64,000 bases of DNA from Rebecca billardiae RCC1528 (GCA_965240325.2 OZ251242.1:1178001-1242000), one strand, 5' to 3'; numbered from the stretch's first letter, positions 33,926-46,078 are shown. The notes: generated by a model not told the origin, from the sequence alone. Translations and numbers: made by a program.

Positions 33926-35281
33926 ATGCCGAGCCCCGCCGGCGCGGCGCGCAAGGTGGTCTACTTCTGGGGCGCCAAGCCGTCGTCCGGCGCTTTCGCG
34001 TGCCTCTCCAACTTCTACCCGTGCCGCTTCGTCGACGCGGAGGGCCACGCCTTCCACTCCTCCGAGCAGGCCATGATGCTCGGCAAGGCGCTCGTCTTTG
34101 GCGACGCGGAGGCGGCCGAAGCGATCATGCGCACGCGGCACGCGAAGGAGGCGAAGCAGCTCGGCCGCACGGTGCGCGGCTTCGACGAGCGCATGTGGGC
34201 CGAGCGCGCGCGCCAGATCGTCGAGCAGGCCTGCTTCAACAAGTTCGCGCAGAACGAGGAGCTCCGCGTCGCGCTGCTGCGCACCGGTGACGCGCTGCTC
34301 GCCGAGGCCTCGCCCTACGACGCGATCTGGGGCATCGGGCTGAGCGCGAGCCAGGCGGAGGGGATGGCGCCGCACGAGTGGCCCGGCACCAACTGGCTCG
34401 GCCTCGTCCTCGGCGCCGTGCGCGAGCGGCTGCGCGCCCACAGCTCGGAGCGCGCGCCTGTGTCGCTGCTGGGCGCGCCGCCCGCGCCGCCCCCGCCGCG
34501 CGCGGCCTCACCGGCCGACCCGGCCGAGGCGACAGGCGCGGCCGAGGCGGCCGGCGCGGCCGAGGACGCGGCCGCGCCGCGAGACGCGCACACGCACCTG
34601 CTCGTGCTCGACTTCGAGGCGACGTGCGAGGCCGACGCGAAGCGCTTTCCTCACGAGATCATCGAGCTGCCCGCCGTGCTGCTGCACGCGCGCACGCGCG
34701 AGCAGGTGGGCGAGTTCCGGACGTTTGTGCGGCCGACGGAGCGGCCGGCGCTGAGCGCGTTCTGCACGGAGCTCACGTCGATCACGCAGGCGCAGCTGGA
34801 GGGCGCGCCGACGCTCGGCGAGGCGCTGCGCGACCTCGAGCGCTGGCTGGACGAGGCTGGGCTCGGCCAGCCCGCGCGTGTGCTGCCCGTCACGTGCGGC
34901 GACTGGGATCTGGGGAAGCAGCTGCCTGCCGAGTGCGCGCGCAAGGGGCTGCGCGTGCCCGCGGTGCTCACGCGCTGGTGCAACGTGAAGCGCGCGTACG
35001 CGGCGGCGATGCGCACGCGCAAGTTCACCGGCATGGCGGGCATGCTCGACGGCCTCGGCCTCCCGCTCATCGGACGGCACCACCTCGGCATCGACGACGC
35101 GCGCAACATCGCTGCGATCGCGCGCACGCTCGGCGCGCGCGGTGCCGCGCTCGAGCAGACGGGCGGCTCGAGCGTGGAGGACGTCACGTCGCCGGCGGCA
35201 CCGTCGGCGTGCGGCGGAGTGGAGCCGCGGCGCGGCTCGTCAGATGCGCCTGAGACGGCAGCGGCGCCTGCCTCATCGTGA
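33926..35281 (+). CDS. NADAR (YbiA-like) domain fused to an ERI1-family DEDDh 3'-5' exonuclease
   Basis: NADAR: LSNFY, SSEQ, AKQLGR, KFAQN, LAEASPYDAIWGIG, GTNWLG. Exonuclease: VLDFEATC, HEIIELP, FVRP, FCTELTSI, VTCGDWDL, GRHHLGIDDARNIA. Intronless. Confidence 0.92.
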   Translation: MPSPAGAARKVVYFWGAKPSSGAFACLSNFYPCRFVDAEGHAFHSSEQAMMLGKALVFGDAEAAEAIMRTRHAKEAKQLGRTVRGFDERMWAERARQIVEQACFNKFAQNEELRVALLRTGDALLAEASPYDAIWGIGLSASQAEGMAPHEWPGTNWLGLVLGAVRERLRAHSSERAPVSLLGAPPAPPPPRAASPADPAEATGAAEAAGAAEDAAAPRDAHTHLLVLDFEATCEADAKRFPHEIIELPAVLLHARTREQVGEFRTFVRPTERPALSAFCTELTSITQAQLEGAPTLGEALRDLERWLDEAGLGQPARVLPVTCGDWDLGKQLPAECARKGLRVPAVLTRWCNVKRAYAAAMRTRKFTGMAGMLDGLGLPLIGRHHLGIDDARNIAAIARTLGARGAALEQTGGSSVEDVTSPAAPSACGGVEPRRGSSDAPETAAAPASS

Positions 35282-36001
35282 TAATGATGATGCTGATGAG
35301 GCGCACGTCAATCGTCGTCTGATCCTGATCAGTGATCCGGTCCGAGATGGGCGGGAGTCTCCTTGAGTATAGCAGCTAGCCACTAGTTACCGTAGTATAA
35401 CTAGGCCCGCCTATCAGTGGCATCATGATCGCATCATCAGCAGATTGATCAGTCACACGGTGACTTCGAGCCTGCCAGGCACGGCCGCCCCGGGGCAGGC
35501 CGGGGCACGCTCGGTCAACGACGACTGAAACCGAGCGAGCCATCCGACGGCCTCAGTCAATAGTAGCTAGCGTAGTGCGCATCTGGGCTTTCTGGCCGCA
35601 TCGACAGACGAATCGTCCGAGTAGTAGTCAAATTATTAGGCGGTCGTCACGGTACAGTCTCCTGATCAGATCATCGCCGTCGCGGATCAGAATACTCAGT
35701 ACAATCTGTAGTTGCGTCGACTACCTGACTGAATGCGACTTAATACACCCGCTGCTAACGGAGACACTGCAGAGATGTATAGAGTAGATGAGGACTATTC
35801 TTCGTCGTCATTATGATGATCATGATTCGGCCGCTGCTAGTGCTGATATTTCATGCAGTTCGACGGACGGGGTCACGGACCCGACCTGAGGCTGAGGCGG
35901 GCAGGCCGTCACCGGTCACCGCGCAGCCATGCATCGCAACCTCGTCGGCGGCGGGCAACGCAGGTGTGACACAGTGTGCTCCCGCCCCGGTGGTTGTAGC
36001 C

Positions 36002-36412
36002 CTATGCCGCCATGGAACACGCCTCGATGTCGTCCGACTCCGCGACGGAGCGCGCGGACATGGTCCGCAGCGAGTCCTCCGAGTCTGCGGGCTGGAGTGC
36101 ATTCAGCTGCTGCGCGATCACGTCCACCTTGCGGAGGCGGCGGGCGGGCCGGCGCGTGATCGGGTGCGTCTGCTTCCAGATCACGACGAGCGCCCACACC
36201 GCCAGCGCGACGATCACGACGGTCCCCACCGTCACGGTGAGCAGGACCGTCTCGCCATGCGGCGTGAGCGACGTGCCGTCTGTGAGCGGCTCCTCGCCGA
36301 TGCGCGGCTGCGTCGGCTCGTCGTCGCCGGCGAGGCCACCGAGGCGTCGGCCGGCGCACCACGTGCCATGCGATGTGCCGAGTGCGAAGCAGAGCCGGCG
36401 AGCCCATGCCAT
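36002..36412 (-). CDS. Small single-pass membrane protein, unknown function
   Basis: Clear TM helix VLLTVTVGTVVIVALAVWALVVIW followed by a basic stop-transfer segment; start codon uncertain. Confidence 0.5.
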   Translation of the reverse strand: MAWARRLCFALGTSHGTWCAGRRLGGLAGDDEPTQPRIGEEPLTDGTSLTPHGETVLLTVTVGTVVIVALAVWALVVIWKQTHPITRRPARRLRKVDVIAQQLNALQPADSEDSLRTMSARSVAESDDIEACSMAA

Positions 36413-36695
36413 GCGCGGGCAGGCCGCGGCGGCGGACGCGCCAGCGCTGACGCCCAGCGCTTGGGCGCTTACTTTGATACTCGCTCCGCGCGGGCGCTCA
36501 CGAAGTCTCATCACACTTTCAACTTCCCAGGCAGACGTTGGCTCGCTACCCGCAAGTCCGGAGGAGGGAAGGAAGCCCCGGACCGGCCGCCATTGCCAGT
36601 TTCGATCTGACATTAGGTCGAAAGCAGCCAGGGTGGCTGTCAGCGGTTGCGCAGCGGTGCTGGCATCGCGTGCGCGCGCTGACGAGCGCACGGGC

Positions 36696-39600
36696 ATGCC
36701 CGATGACGCGTCGCGCGCCGCGTTGTCACGCGGCGCGGGTCTGAAGCCCTCCGAGCTCCTGCCCGCGTGCGTCGACATCATCGACACGTACGAGCCCACG
36801 AAGACGACGATCGACGCGCACCACGGCGACTACTGCGCGCGGCACCGGGTGCGCGCGCGCGGCGTGACGCTGCGCTGCGCGCCCGGCGGGCGGGCGGGCG
36901 GGCTCGGCGCGGGCGAGCAGGCTCGCGCAGCCAAATGCCACCTCGTCGCCGCGCGTCCGCTCGCGCGCGCACCGGCAACCCACGCGGACCCATGCCTCCG
37001 CCCCGCGCCGCTGCCGCGCGCGCGCGCAGATCACGGACGAGCAGGACGTGATGTTCCTGCACCAGGTGCTGTACGGGACGCACCGGTACAAGAAGCTGCT
37101 CAAGGTCTTCCTCTCCTCCTTCTACTACAACCACGCGCACGAGGCCGCGCGCTCCGACGCGGCGCTGTACCAGGTGCTGGCGTACCTGGCGATCCTGCGG
37201 CTCGAGGAGCTCGGCTTCGCGCAGTTCAAGCGGCTGGTGCTCTCGCAGGATTTCGTCAAGACGCGCGTGTTCCTGCGGTTCCTGTTCAACGAGGAGTCGC
37301 TGAACAAGTGGCTCAAGGAGGGCTGGCTCACGCTGTACGAGCCGCACTACGTGCAGAACGAGCTGATCGACGAGGTGATGAAGTTTGAGCCTGCGGTGCG
37401 CGGCCTGGTGGAGGAGCTCGACAGGCGGCAGGCGATGGGCGAGGCGAAGCGCGCGGCGGAGGCGGAGGCGGCGGCGGCGCTCGCGGCGGGGCGGGGCGGC
37501 ACAGGCAAGCACACCACGCCCGAGCCGTTCAACCTCACGCAGCCCCAGCCCAGGCTCGTCCCCGAGCCGACGCAGACGGTCGAGCTGCGCGGCGCGCAGC
37601 GGCAGGGCGAGGGCGCGGAGCACGAGTTCAAGGCGACGCGCTGGGTGCGGCGCGACGGGCCGACGAAGGACCAGCTCGAGCTGGACGCGAAGAAGGAGGA
37701 GAACCGGCTCGAGCTGCGCCGCAAGTACGCCGGGCCCAACGCGGGCAGGTTCGACCTCGCCGCGGAGAAGCGGCCGTCCAAGCTCGGCGGCGTGAAGGCT
37801 GAGCTGGCCGAGCGCGAGGCAGAGGCGCACACGTTCAAGCCCGCGCCGCCCAAGCCCGTGCCCAAGTGGGACGCGGACCAGGGGTTCGTCAAGCTGAACG
37901 CGGCGGCGATCCTGCGCGAGGACCAGATCTACCGGCGCAAGCAGGCGGAGGAGGCGCGGCTCATCGCCGGGTACGAGGAGGACCTCCGTGACGCCAAGGA
38001 GTACGACCGCTGGGTGGAGACGCAGCGCGCGCGCGCGGAGGCGGAGCGCGCGGCCGCGCTCGAGGCGCGGCGCGTGGAGACGCAGCTGGCGGACGAGGCG
38101 GCGAAGGCGTCGATGGAGAAGAGCAAGCTGCGCAAGCGCCACGTCGTCACCAAGATGCGGCTCGAGGCCTCCGCCGTCTCCGAGGAGGTCGAGCGACAAA
38201 AGGCGGCGGACGTGGCGGCGCGGCGCGAGCAGGCGGCGGCGATTGGCGAGCTGCGAGAGCGCGGCGCGCAGGCGGTCGCGGAGGTGGAGGCGCGGCGGCG
38301 CGAGGCGGCGGAGGCGGTGCGCGAGGAGTCGAAGGCGCTCGAGGCGGAGCGCCGCCGCGCGCTCGCCGAGGAGGAGGAGCGCCGGCAGGAGGTCATCCGC
38401 GAGATCCGCGCGCTCGAGCTCGTGCCCCGAACTCGTGAGAAGGTTCTCGACCCGACCTACTCGGCGGGCCACGGGCTGCTGGACGAGATGAGCCTCGCCG
38501 AGCTGCGCGAGCGGCTGGCGCTCGCGCAGGCGCGGCACGCGCAGGACCTGGAGAACAAGCGCGCGGAGATTGTGCGCGAGAAGCAGGCCAAGGAGCAGAC
38601 GCTCAAGTCCAAGGCCGCGGCGATCGCGGGCTACCGCCGGCTGGGCGCGCAGCAGGCGGAGGCGGCGCGCGCGCGAGAGCGCGAGCAGCGCTCCGCCAAG
38701 GCGGAGGCGGAGCTGCGCCGGCGCGAGGAGGCGAGCCTCAAGCTCGAGGCGGCGCGCGAGGCGATCCGCAACGCGGGCCGCGCGGAGGAGGCGCGGCTCG
38801 CCGCCGAGCTCAAGCAGATCAAGGTCAAGAACCAGTTCCTCGGCGCGGACCGCGAGGCGGTCGAGGCGAAGAAGTTCCACTCGCTCGAGCGCGGCGCGCA
38901 GCGCGAGGCCAAGACGATGCAGCGCGCGGGGCAGGACGCGGCCGCGCTCACCGCGGAGATCCGGGGCAAGGAGGTGCGCGCGCGCGCGCGCCGAGCACGC
39001 TGCGCCGGGCGCACGCCGGCTGCGACGCCGCGCGCCGCGTGCCCCCGCCCCTGCCTCACCGCCCGCCGCGCCGCCCGCCCCGCCCCTGCTGGCTGCGCCC
39101 CGCCCCGCCCCTGCTGGCACGCCCACCTCCGCCCCCGCCTCCCTCGCTCGCTCTCTCTCTCTCGCGCGCGCGCTGGGCAGCTCACCCAGCGCGAGCGCGT
39201 GGCCGCGGCCGGCCGGCGCGCGCACGCGGAGTGGTCCGACAACCAGGCCCTGCGCTTCACCAACGCGACGTACGACGCCGAGCTCACCGCCGCGCACGCC
39301 TCTGAGCTCAAGGCAGAGACGGTTCAGAAAGAGCGCGCCGCGCGGGCGGGCGTGCGCGCCGCGCATGACGACGCGTACCCGTACACGGCGGGTGCGCGCA
39401 GCGCGGGGCCGCGCGCGCACGGCGAGCGGCGGGCGCGGCGGTGCGCTCGGCGGCGCGGGGCGCACGCTCCCGCCGCGCTGCCCGTTGCCCCCCGGCTCGG
39501 CCGCTGAGCGCGCTCGGCCCAACACTGACTGCGCCCCCGCCGCGCCGCGCCCCTCTGCCGTGCCGCGCGCGCTCGCGTGCTCGCGCGCGCAGCCATCGCT

Positions 39601-40008
39601 CAGGAGACGCGCGAGTCTGCGCACGCGTTTGGCGCGCGGCGGGACGCGCGCACGGCCAGCGCGGCGCGCGCGCGCAGCCGCGAGCGGCGGCGCAGCCCCG
39701 ACTCGGCAGCCGGGGGCACGCCGCGCGCGCTCGGCGGCGGGTTTGGCAACACGGGCAGAGGGGCAGCGATGGCTGCCGCCCCGCCGGCGGGCAGCGGGCG
39801 CAGACGAGCCTCGGGTGGGCCGGCGTCGGAGGCGGGCGGCGCGGGCGCGGGCAGCGGACGCGCGTCATTCTCGCAGAGCTCGGTGGCCAGCGGGGCCGGG
39901 CGGCGGCGCAGCGGCGCGGCCGAGGCGGGAGCGCGCGCGACGGGCTCGGGCGCAGGTCTCGCCGGCAGCGCCGCGCTCGACTCAGCCGCGCTCGTCTCGG
40001 CAGGGTAG
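36696..40008 (+). CDS. CFAP99: Cilia- and flagella-associated protein 99; exons 36696-36848, 37030-38973, 39181-39391, 39593-40008
   Basis: YLAILRLEELGFAQFKRLV, FLRFLFNEESLNKWLKEGW, TTPEPFNLT, VKLNAAAILRE, GHGLLDEMSLAELRERL, then a long coiled coil; three GTGCGC..CAG introns. Confidence 0.85.
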
Positions 40009-40468
40009 CGCGCGCGACAGCAGTCTTACGGCAGCTGTTCGACATCATCACAGGTGTCGTCTGTTCAGACTGTAGAGTCAACTATTACACACTACGCCAC
40101 CCTGAGCCGTGCGACGCCCGACGCACGTGCGCGGCGTTATCTGAGAGTCTGAGACGGCCTGTGATTGCCTTCTTACTCTTAGCAAGCTGTATGTAAGTGT
40201 AACGGCGCGCGCGAAACCGTGCGGCGAGACGAATATCGATCATAGTCGAACCTCCCTTGGTCGAACGTCTTTTCTAATCAGCTTGCTCAACCGCTGCCGG
40301 AGTGCCCGTTGCGGAACAGCTACGAAAAAATCATCAACTCAAACGCTGCGAATGACATCACATCCGCTCAACCGTGGGCAGCCGCCAAAGTGGAAGTTGT
40401 CGCCAGTAGCGCCGGTCCGCCGCGGCTCCGCGTGTTCCCGTCCAGTACCCCAGGGGCCCCGACAAGCA

Positions 40469-41278
40469 ATGCCACGCGCGCTGGAGTGGCCCGCCCGCCT
40501 CGTCTGCGCGGTCGACGACGACGACACCGACGGCACGAGCCGGCAGCTCCTCGACCCGTTCGCCCCCCGCTCCAACACCTCCGCCTGCGTGCACTGGCAC
40601 ACAGCAGAGATCGAGTCAAGATCGACGCTCCCAGGCGGCGCCCTGCTCTTTGTGCGCGTGCCCACGGCCTGGCAGCCCGGCGAGGGCCTCGAGGTGAGGC
40701 TCGCCGAGGGCCGCCACTTTCGCATCGCCGTGCCTCGCGGTGCTCTGCCCGGTGCGACGCTGTGCGTGTGCATGGTGCTCGCGATGAAGCAGGTGCGCGG
40801 CGACAGGCGCGCGGCGGAGTGCGCGCATGGTCGCGACGCGCGCGCCCGCCGGCAGAAGCGTCACCCTCGGATCCGAGCGTGGGCGAGGAGCTGTGATTGC
40901 GCACGAGGCTCATGCGCTCACTTCCTGCCGCGGACCCCGCGCCGATCCCTCGCCGCGACGCAGCAGGGCGGCCAGGTGCACCTTCCCTTTGCGCCACCTC
41001 TTGCAGCCGGCTCGAGCATCCTGGGCAACCAGTTCGGCCAGGAACTCCTGGCTGTGCGCCTCGTGGCGGCTCCGCAGCAGGGCAACGCGGTTCGTGCCAC
41101 GCCGGTGACTGCACGCGACTGCCGGGGCGTCGCGTCCCCCCGCCATACGGCCGGGTGTGTGCCGACGGTCGAGGGCACGCTCGTCACACACTCGGCGGCG
41201 CGGGCCTTCGGCGGCAACGTCCTCGCTCGTTGCCCAGCAGGGCGCCGTTCTCGCCACCGGATCCTGCCCGGCCGATAA
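40469..41278 (+). CDS. Hypothetical protein with VxVP..QPG..VP.GA.PG beta-repeat module; probable intron 40793-40963/40966
   Basis: FVRVPTAWQPGEGLEVRLAEGRHFRIAVPRGALPGATLCV; GTGCGC donor and CAGCAG acceptor, both in frame. Confidence 0.5.
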   Translation: MPRALEWPARLVCAVDDDDTDGTSRQLLDPFAPRSNTSACVHWHTAEIESRSTLPGGALLFVRVPTAWQPGEGLEVRLAEGRHFRIAVPRGALPGATLCVCMVLAMKQVRGDRRAAECAHGRDARARRQKRHPRIRAWARSCDCARGSCAHFLPRTPRRSLAATQQGGQVHLPFAPPLAAGSSILGNQFGQELLAVRLVAAPQQGNAVRATPVTARDCRGVASPRHTAGCVPTVEGTLVTHSAARAFGGNVLARCPAGRRSRHRILPGR

Positions 41279-41418
41279 GAGACTTCGTACCAACTACGGC
41301 GCCGTGCCCAGCGAGCCGACGACGACTGTATGCTCGTAGTTCCGTGCTGCGCGCTGATACTAGGCGGACTGCCGCAGGCTCGGACGCCACTGTCCCGAAC
41401 TCGTCGTGCTACGTCGTG

Positions 41419-41513
41419 ATCCCTGTACATCATTCATCATCATCCCTGTCCATCATCCCTGTCCATCATCCCTGTCCATCATCCCTGTCCATCATCCCTG
41501 TACATCATTCATC
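41419..41513. repeat. 13-bp minisatellite (CATCATCCCTGTC) x5
   Basis: Five tandem copies at 41438-41502 plus flanking variants. Confidence 0.9.
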
Positions 41514-41583
41514 CGCCCGGCGGCTGTTGCTCCCTTGTCTCGTCCCGGCGCCGTGTCGGATCCGGGTGCAATGATTAATACAC

Positions 41584-41585
41584 TA

Positions 41586-41630
<45 letters not shown>

Positions 41631-41637
41631 CTATTAC
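41584..41637. repeat. (ATT)n microsatellite
   Basis: tattatttattattattattattatt... Confidence 0.95.
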
Positions 41638-42288
41638 TCTTGATGCAGTATTAATCGCCACGACCGGTGACTTCCGGGATCGGCCGGACCGTAGTACCGT
41701 ATGAGCGGCGGGCCTGGCAGCAGCCACGGCGGATGATCAATTCACTGATGCGCGATCGCGTCCGCTGAAAGCCCGGCCCGGATCCGCATAGACTATCATA
41801 GAGTATACTCTGACTGCTGCGGCCGCTACGGCACTCGACGTGAGCCTCAGCAGGCGACTGACGGTCGACTCGGAGACGACTCGGAGTGTAACGACTACAG
41901 CAGTCTGTACCGTTCGTCAGGCTCCGACTCCGCGGTCGTCGTCATTAATAGTGACTAGTGGCGTGTTCGGACGACCGTCGGCGTCGCGGACCGGGCGGGC
42001 CCGTCTGTGAGTAGTCACTGATGACCGTCGGAGAGTGACTGCAGCGTGCCGAGTACTCCGGATGCTATGTGAAATGTGATCAATTTATGAGTTATAGTTA
42101 CTATGAGTCGGTCGTCACTCGACCGCGCCAGCGGAGACTCCCGCTGCAGAACCGAGTGCCCGCCAGTCGGGCGAGTCGGGCTAGTGAACTGCTGACAGTG
42201 ACACTTGCATTGACTACTACACGATATCGTCGACGTGATGACGACTGTTTTTTATCAGCAAGCCCGGACTAGCTAGTAGCTACTGCGC

Positions 42289-42460
42289 TATATATATATA
42301 TGCATATATATATATACTATATACAGAGAGAGAGAGCTAGAGAGAGAGAGAGAGAGAGAGAGACGGCCAGAGAGAGAGCCGAGTCCGAGAGAGAGAGAGC
42401 GAGAGAGCTAGAGAGAGAGAGATGAGACAAGAGAGAGTCATCGTCTGTCTATATATATAT
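42289..42460. repeat. (TA)n/(GA)n compound microsatellite
   Basis: tatatatata...gagagagaga...atatatatat, directly abutting the element at 42461. Confidence 0.9.
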
Positions 42461-45400
42461 GTGGGGTTATTGGTACAATAACTGATTGTCTAAGAGGACG
42501 ACAAGAACGCCGGGCGCCAGCGCCGCTCATCAGCCACATCGCCCTCTACCAGACCATCGCCTCAAAGGGCGCTGCTCCCGGACAAACAGTCTGTCCGGGT
42601 TGTTCTGCCGCCCAGGAGATCGATTTCCGGCGCCGGCCTCTGCCGCCTGCTTCGCCAGGCGCGGCGTGCGAGATGGCTCCAGCCAAGCTCGTCCTGCGTC
42701 GCCGGCGGCGGCGGCTCGCACGCGGGTGGCGCGTCGCGTGCACCGACCAACATCTTTCGGCAACTCGGCGGTAAGCAACGCTCCGCATCGCGCCCCCTCG
42801 CGCTTCGGGCCACCGCCTCTTCTCTCTCTGTGTGCGTGCGCACCCTGTGGCTCTTCCGCACCCGCCCCGATCGCACCGTTCCCTCTTCGCCACATGCCTC
42901 CTCCTCCGTGGGTGCGCCCCCACGCGGATCGCTGCTCCATCTCTCCCGCCCTGCCTCGGGATCGCCCCGGTGCCAACGCCAGCCGGCTCCTACACAAGGA
43001 CCGCTGGCGGCACACCGCGCGCCGGGCCCCGTGCGCACCCGCGGGCCATTCACAGCATCCGCAAAGGCCGTCTAGCCTTCTCCTGCTTCCGCAGCGCCGC
43101 GCCTCGGGGCCGGCTGCCTGCTATCTCTCCTATTCGGGTTCCGTCTCACTCGCACTGCCCCACCTGCCCAGCCCCCGCTGGCCGGCCCTCGTGCGTGCGC
43201 GACTCACACGTGCCTTGCCCCCTTTCCTTCCCATCACTCAATGGGATTCTCCTCCACGCGGTGCTCCCCAACACACCATGAAACGGGATCACTCACGCAC
43301 CGCGTCTCGTCGACGGCGAGCGGCATGCCCACCGCATCTGCTGCCGCTCGCCAAGGCATGAGGACACGTAAATCCCACTGAGTAGGAACACACGCAGCCG
43401 CCTCGGCATCGACATGCCAGGCGGCGTGCCCACCTTCGGCCAGCAGTTGGCGTCGGCGTTCACGAGGACGGCTAGACGTGGGGTTATTGGTACAATAACT
43501 GATTGTCTAAGAGGACGACAAGAACGCCGGGCGCCAGCGCCGCTCATCAGCCACATCGCCCTCTACCAGACCATCGCCTCAAAGGGCGCTGCTCCCGGAC
43601 AAACAGTCTGTCCGGGTTGTTCTGCCGCCCAGGAGATCGATTTCCGGCGCCGGCCTCTGCCGCCTGCTTCGCCAGGCGCGGCGTGCGAGATGGCTCCAGC
43701 CAAGCTCGTCCTGCGTCGCCGGCGGCGGCGGCTCGCACGCGGGTGGCGCGTCGCGTGCACCGACCAACATCTTTCGGCAACCCGCCCACCCAGGGCCCGT
43801 TGGTCTGGTGCTCGGGCGGCGGGATCACAACACCCGCCGTCCGACCGCCCGGTCTTGCGGCGCTGCACTTAGGGCTCATGTGACCCCCTGCCTCCCAACA
43901 CGATTGGGTTTTTCAGGTTAGGTCCCCAGCAGTGCTGCTCCCGGGCGGTCAGGTGGAGGTTCAGTCGACGAGTCCGCAGGCGCTCAGCCTTCCGTCAGCG
44001 GACGTCCGCGCGGGATCACTCACGCACCGCGTCTCGTCGACGGCGAGCGGCATGCCCACCGCATCTGCTGCCGCTCGCCAAGGCATGAGGACAAACAGTC
44101 TGTCCGGGTTGTTCTTTCTGCCGAGGAGATCGGTTTCCGGCGCCGGCCTCTGCCGCCTGCTTCGCCAGGCGCGGCGTGCGAGATGGCTCCAGCCAAGCTC
44201 GTCCTGCGTCGCCGGCGGCGGCGGCTCGCACGCGGGTGGCGCGTCGCGTGCACCGACCAACATCTTTCGGCAACTCGGCGGTAAGCAACGCTCCGCATCG
44301 CGCCCCCTCGCGCTTCGGGCCACCGCCTCTTCTCTCTCTGTGTGCGTGCGCACCCTGTGGCTCTTCCGCACCCGCCCCGATCGCACCGTTCCCTCTTCGC
44401 CACATGCCTCCTCCTCCGTGGGTGCGCCCCCACGCGGATCGCTGCTCCATCTCTCCCGCCCTGCCTCGGGATCGCCCCGGTGCCAACGCCAGCCGGCTCC
44501 TACACAAGGACCGCTGGCGGCACACCGCGCGCCGGGCCCCGTGCGCACCCGCGGGCCGTTCACAGCATCCGCAAAGGCCGTCTAGCCTTCTCCTGCTTCC
44601 GCAGCGCCGCGCCCGCGGGGCCGGCTGCCTGCTGTCTCTCCTATTCGGGTTCCGTCTCACTCGCACTGCCCCACCTGCCCAGCCCCCGCTGGCCGGCCCT
44701 CGTGCGTGCGCGACTCACACGTGCCTTGCCCCTTTCCTTCCCATCGCTCAATGGGATTCTCCTCCACGCGGTGCTCCCCAACACACCATGAAACGGGATC
44801 ACTCACGCACCGCGTCTCGTCGACGGCGAGCGGCATGCCCACCGCATCTGCTGCCGCTCGCCAAGGCATGAGGACACGTAAATCCCACTGAGTAGGAACA
44901 CACGCAGCCGCCTCGGCATCGACATGCCAGGCGGCGTGCCCACCTTCGGCCAGCAGTTGGCGTCGGCGTTCACGAGGACGGCTAGACGTGGGGTTATTGG
45001 TACAATAACTGATTGTCTAAGAGGACGACAAGAACGCCGGGCGCCAGCGCCGCTCATCAGCCACATCGCCCTCTACCAGACCATCGCCTCAAAGGGCGCT
45101 GCTCCCGGACAAACAGTCTGTCCGGGTTGTTCTTTCTGCCGAGGAGATCGGTTTCCGGCGCCGGCCTCTGCCGCCTGCTTCGCCAGGCGCGGCGTGCGAG
45201 ATGGCTCCAGCCAAGCTCGTCCTGCGTCGCCGGCGGCGGCGGCTCGCACGCGGGTGGCGCGTCGCGTGCACCGACCAACATCTTTCGGCAACCCGCCCAC
45301 CCAGGGCCCGTTGGTCTGGTGCTCGGGCGGCGGGATCACAACACCCGCCGTCCGACCGCCCGGTCTTGCGGCGCTGCACTTAGGGCTCATGTGACCCCCT

Positions 45401-45804
45401 GCCTCCCAACACGATTGGGTTTTTTCAGGTTAGGTCCCCGGCAGTGCTGCTCCCGGGCGGTCAGGTGGAGGTTCAGTCGACGAGTCCGCAGGCGCTCAGC
45501 CTTCCGTCAGCGGACGTCCGCGCGGGATCACTCACGCACCGCGTCTCGTCGACGGCGAGCGGCATGCCCACCGCATCTGCTGCCGCTCGCCAAGGCATGA
45601 GGACACGTAAAGGGATCACTCACGCACCGCGTCTCGTCGACGGCGAGCGGCATGCCCACCGCATCTGCTGCCGCTCGCCAAGGCATGAGGACACGTAAAT
45701 CCCACTGAGTAGGAACACACGCAGCCGCCTCGGCATCGACATGCCAGGCGGCGTGCCCACCTTCGGCCAGCAGTTGGCGTCGGCGTTCACGAGGACGGCT
45801 AGAC
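42461..45804. mobile_element. Non-autonomous split-direct-repeat element (A..BA..B; PAT/TOC1/Ngaro-like tyrosine-recombinase retrotransposon derivative) with an internal ~1.5-kb tandem duplication
   Basis: A (304 bp) at 42461, 43478 and 44988; B (~194 bp) at 43284, 44794 and 45612. Internal B|A junctions read GCTAGAC|GTGGGG. The ends abut (AT)n with no distinct TSD. No credible ORF. Confidence 0.7.
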
Positions 45805-46078
45805 ATATATATATCTGCTAGCGTATCTAGATGATGACTACTGATGAGTCCGTTATTCATCATCATGCTACGACAGCTACTAACTAGCTACGAAGTACGA
45901 GTACCGGACCCGGGATCCGCCGCGGACACGGCGCGCATCATGACTCAATATAATAAGCCTCATCATTCAAGTTAGTCATGTTCGGGGCGGCGCGCAATGA
46001 CGCTGATATATGATATTATGACGATGCTGATGATGATCATCGACGCATCGATATCAGCATCAGACTACTGTGATTGAT

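Noticed and set aside
35281-35335. C/D-box-like words (ATGATGA...CTGA) after the NADAR-ERI1 stop
   Set aside because: TGATGA/CTGA words are pervasive in the low-GC spacers, and there is no terminal stem or evident rRNA guide.
42461-45804. CRISPR-like array, simple solo LTR (TG..CA) or canonical Helitron
   Set aside because: Repeats are hundreds of bp with repeated rather than unique spacers; the T and A of TG..CA belong to the flanking microsatellite and are absent at internal junctions; ends are not TC..CTRR. ORFs within it have no recognisable domains.
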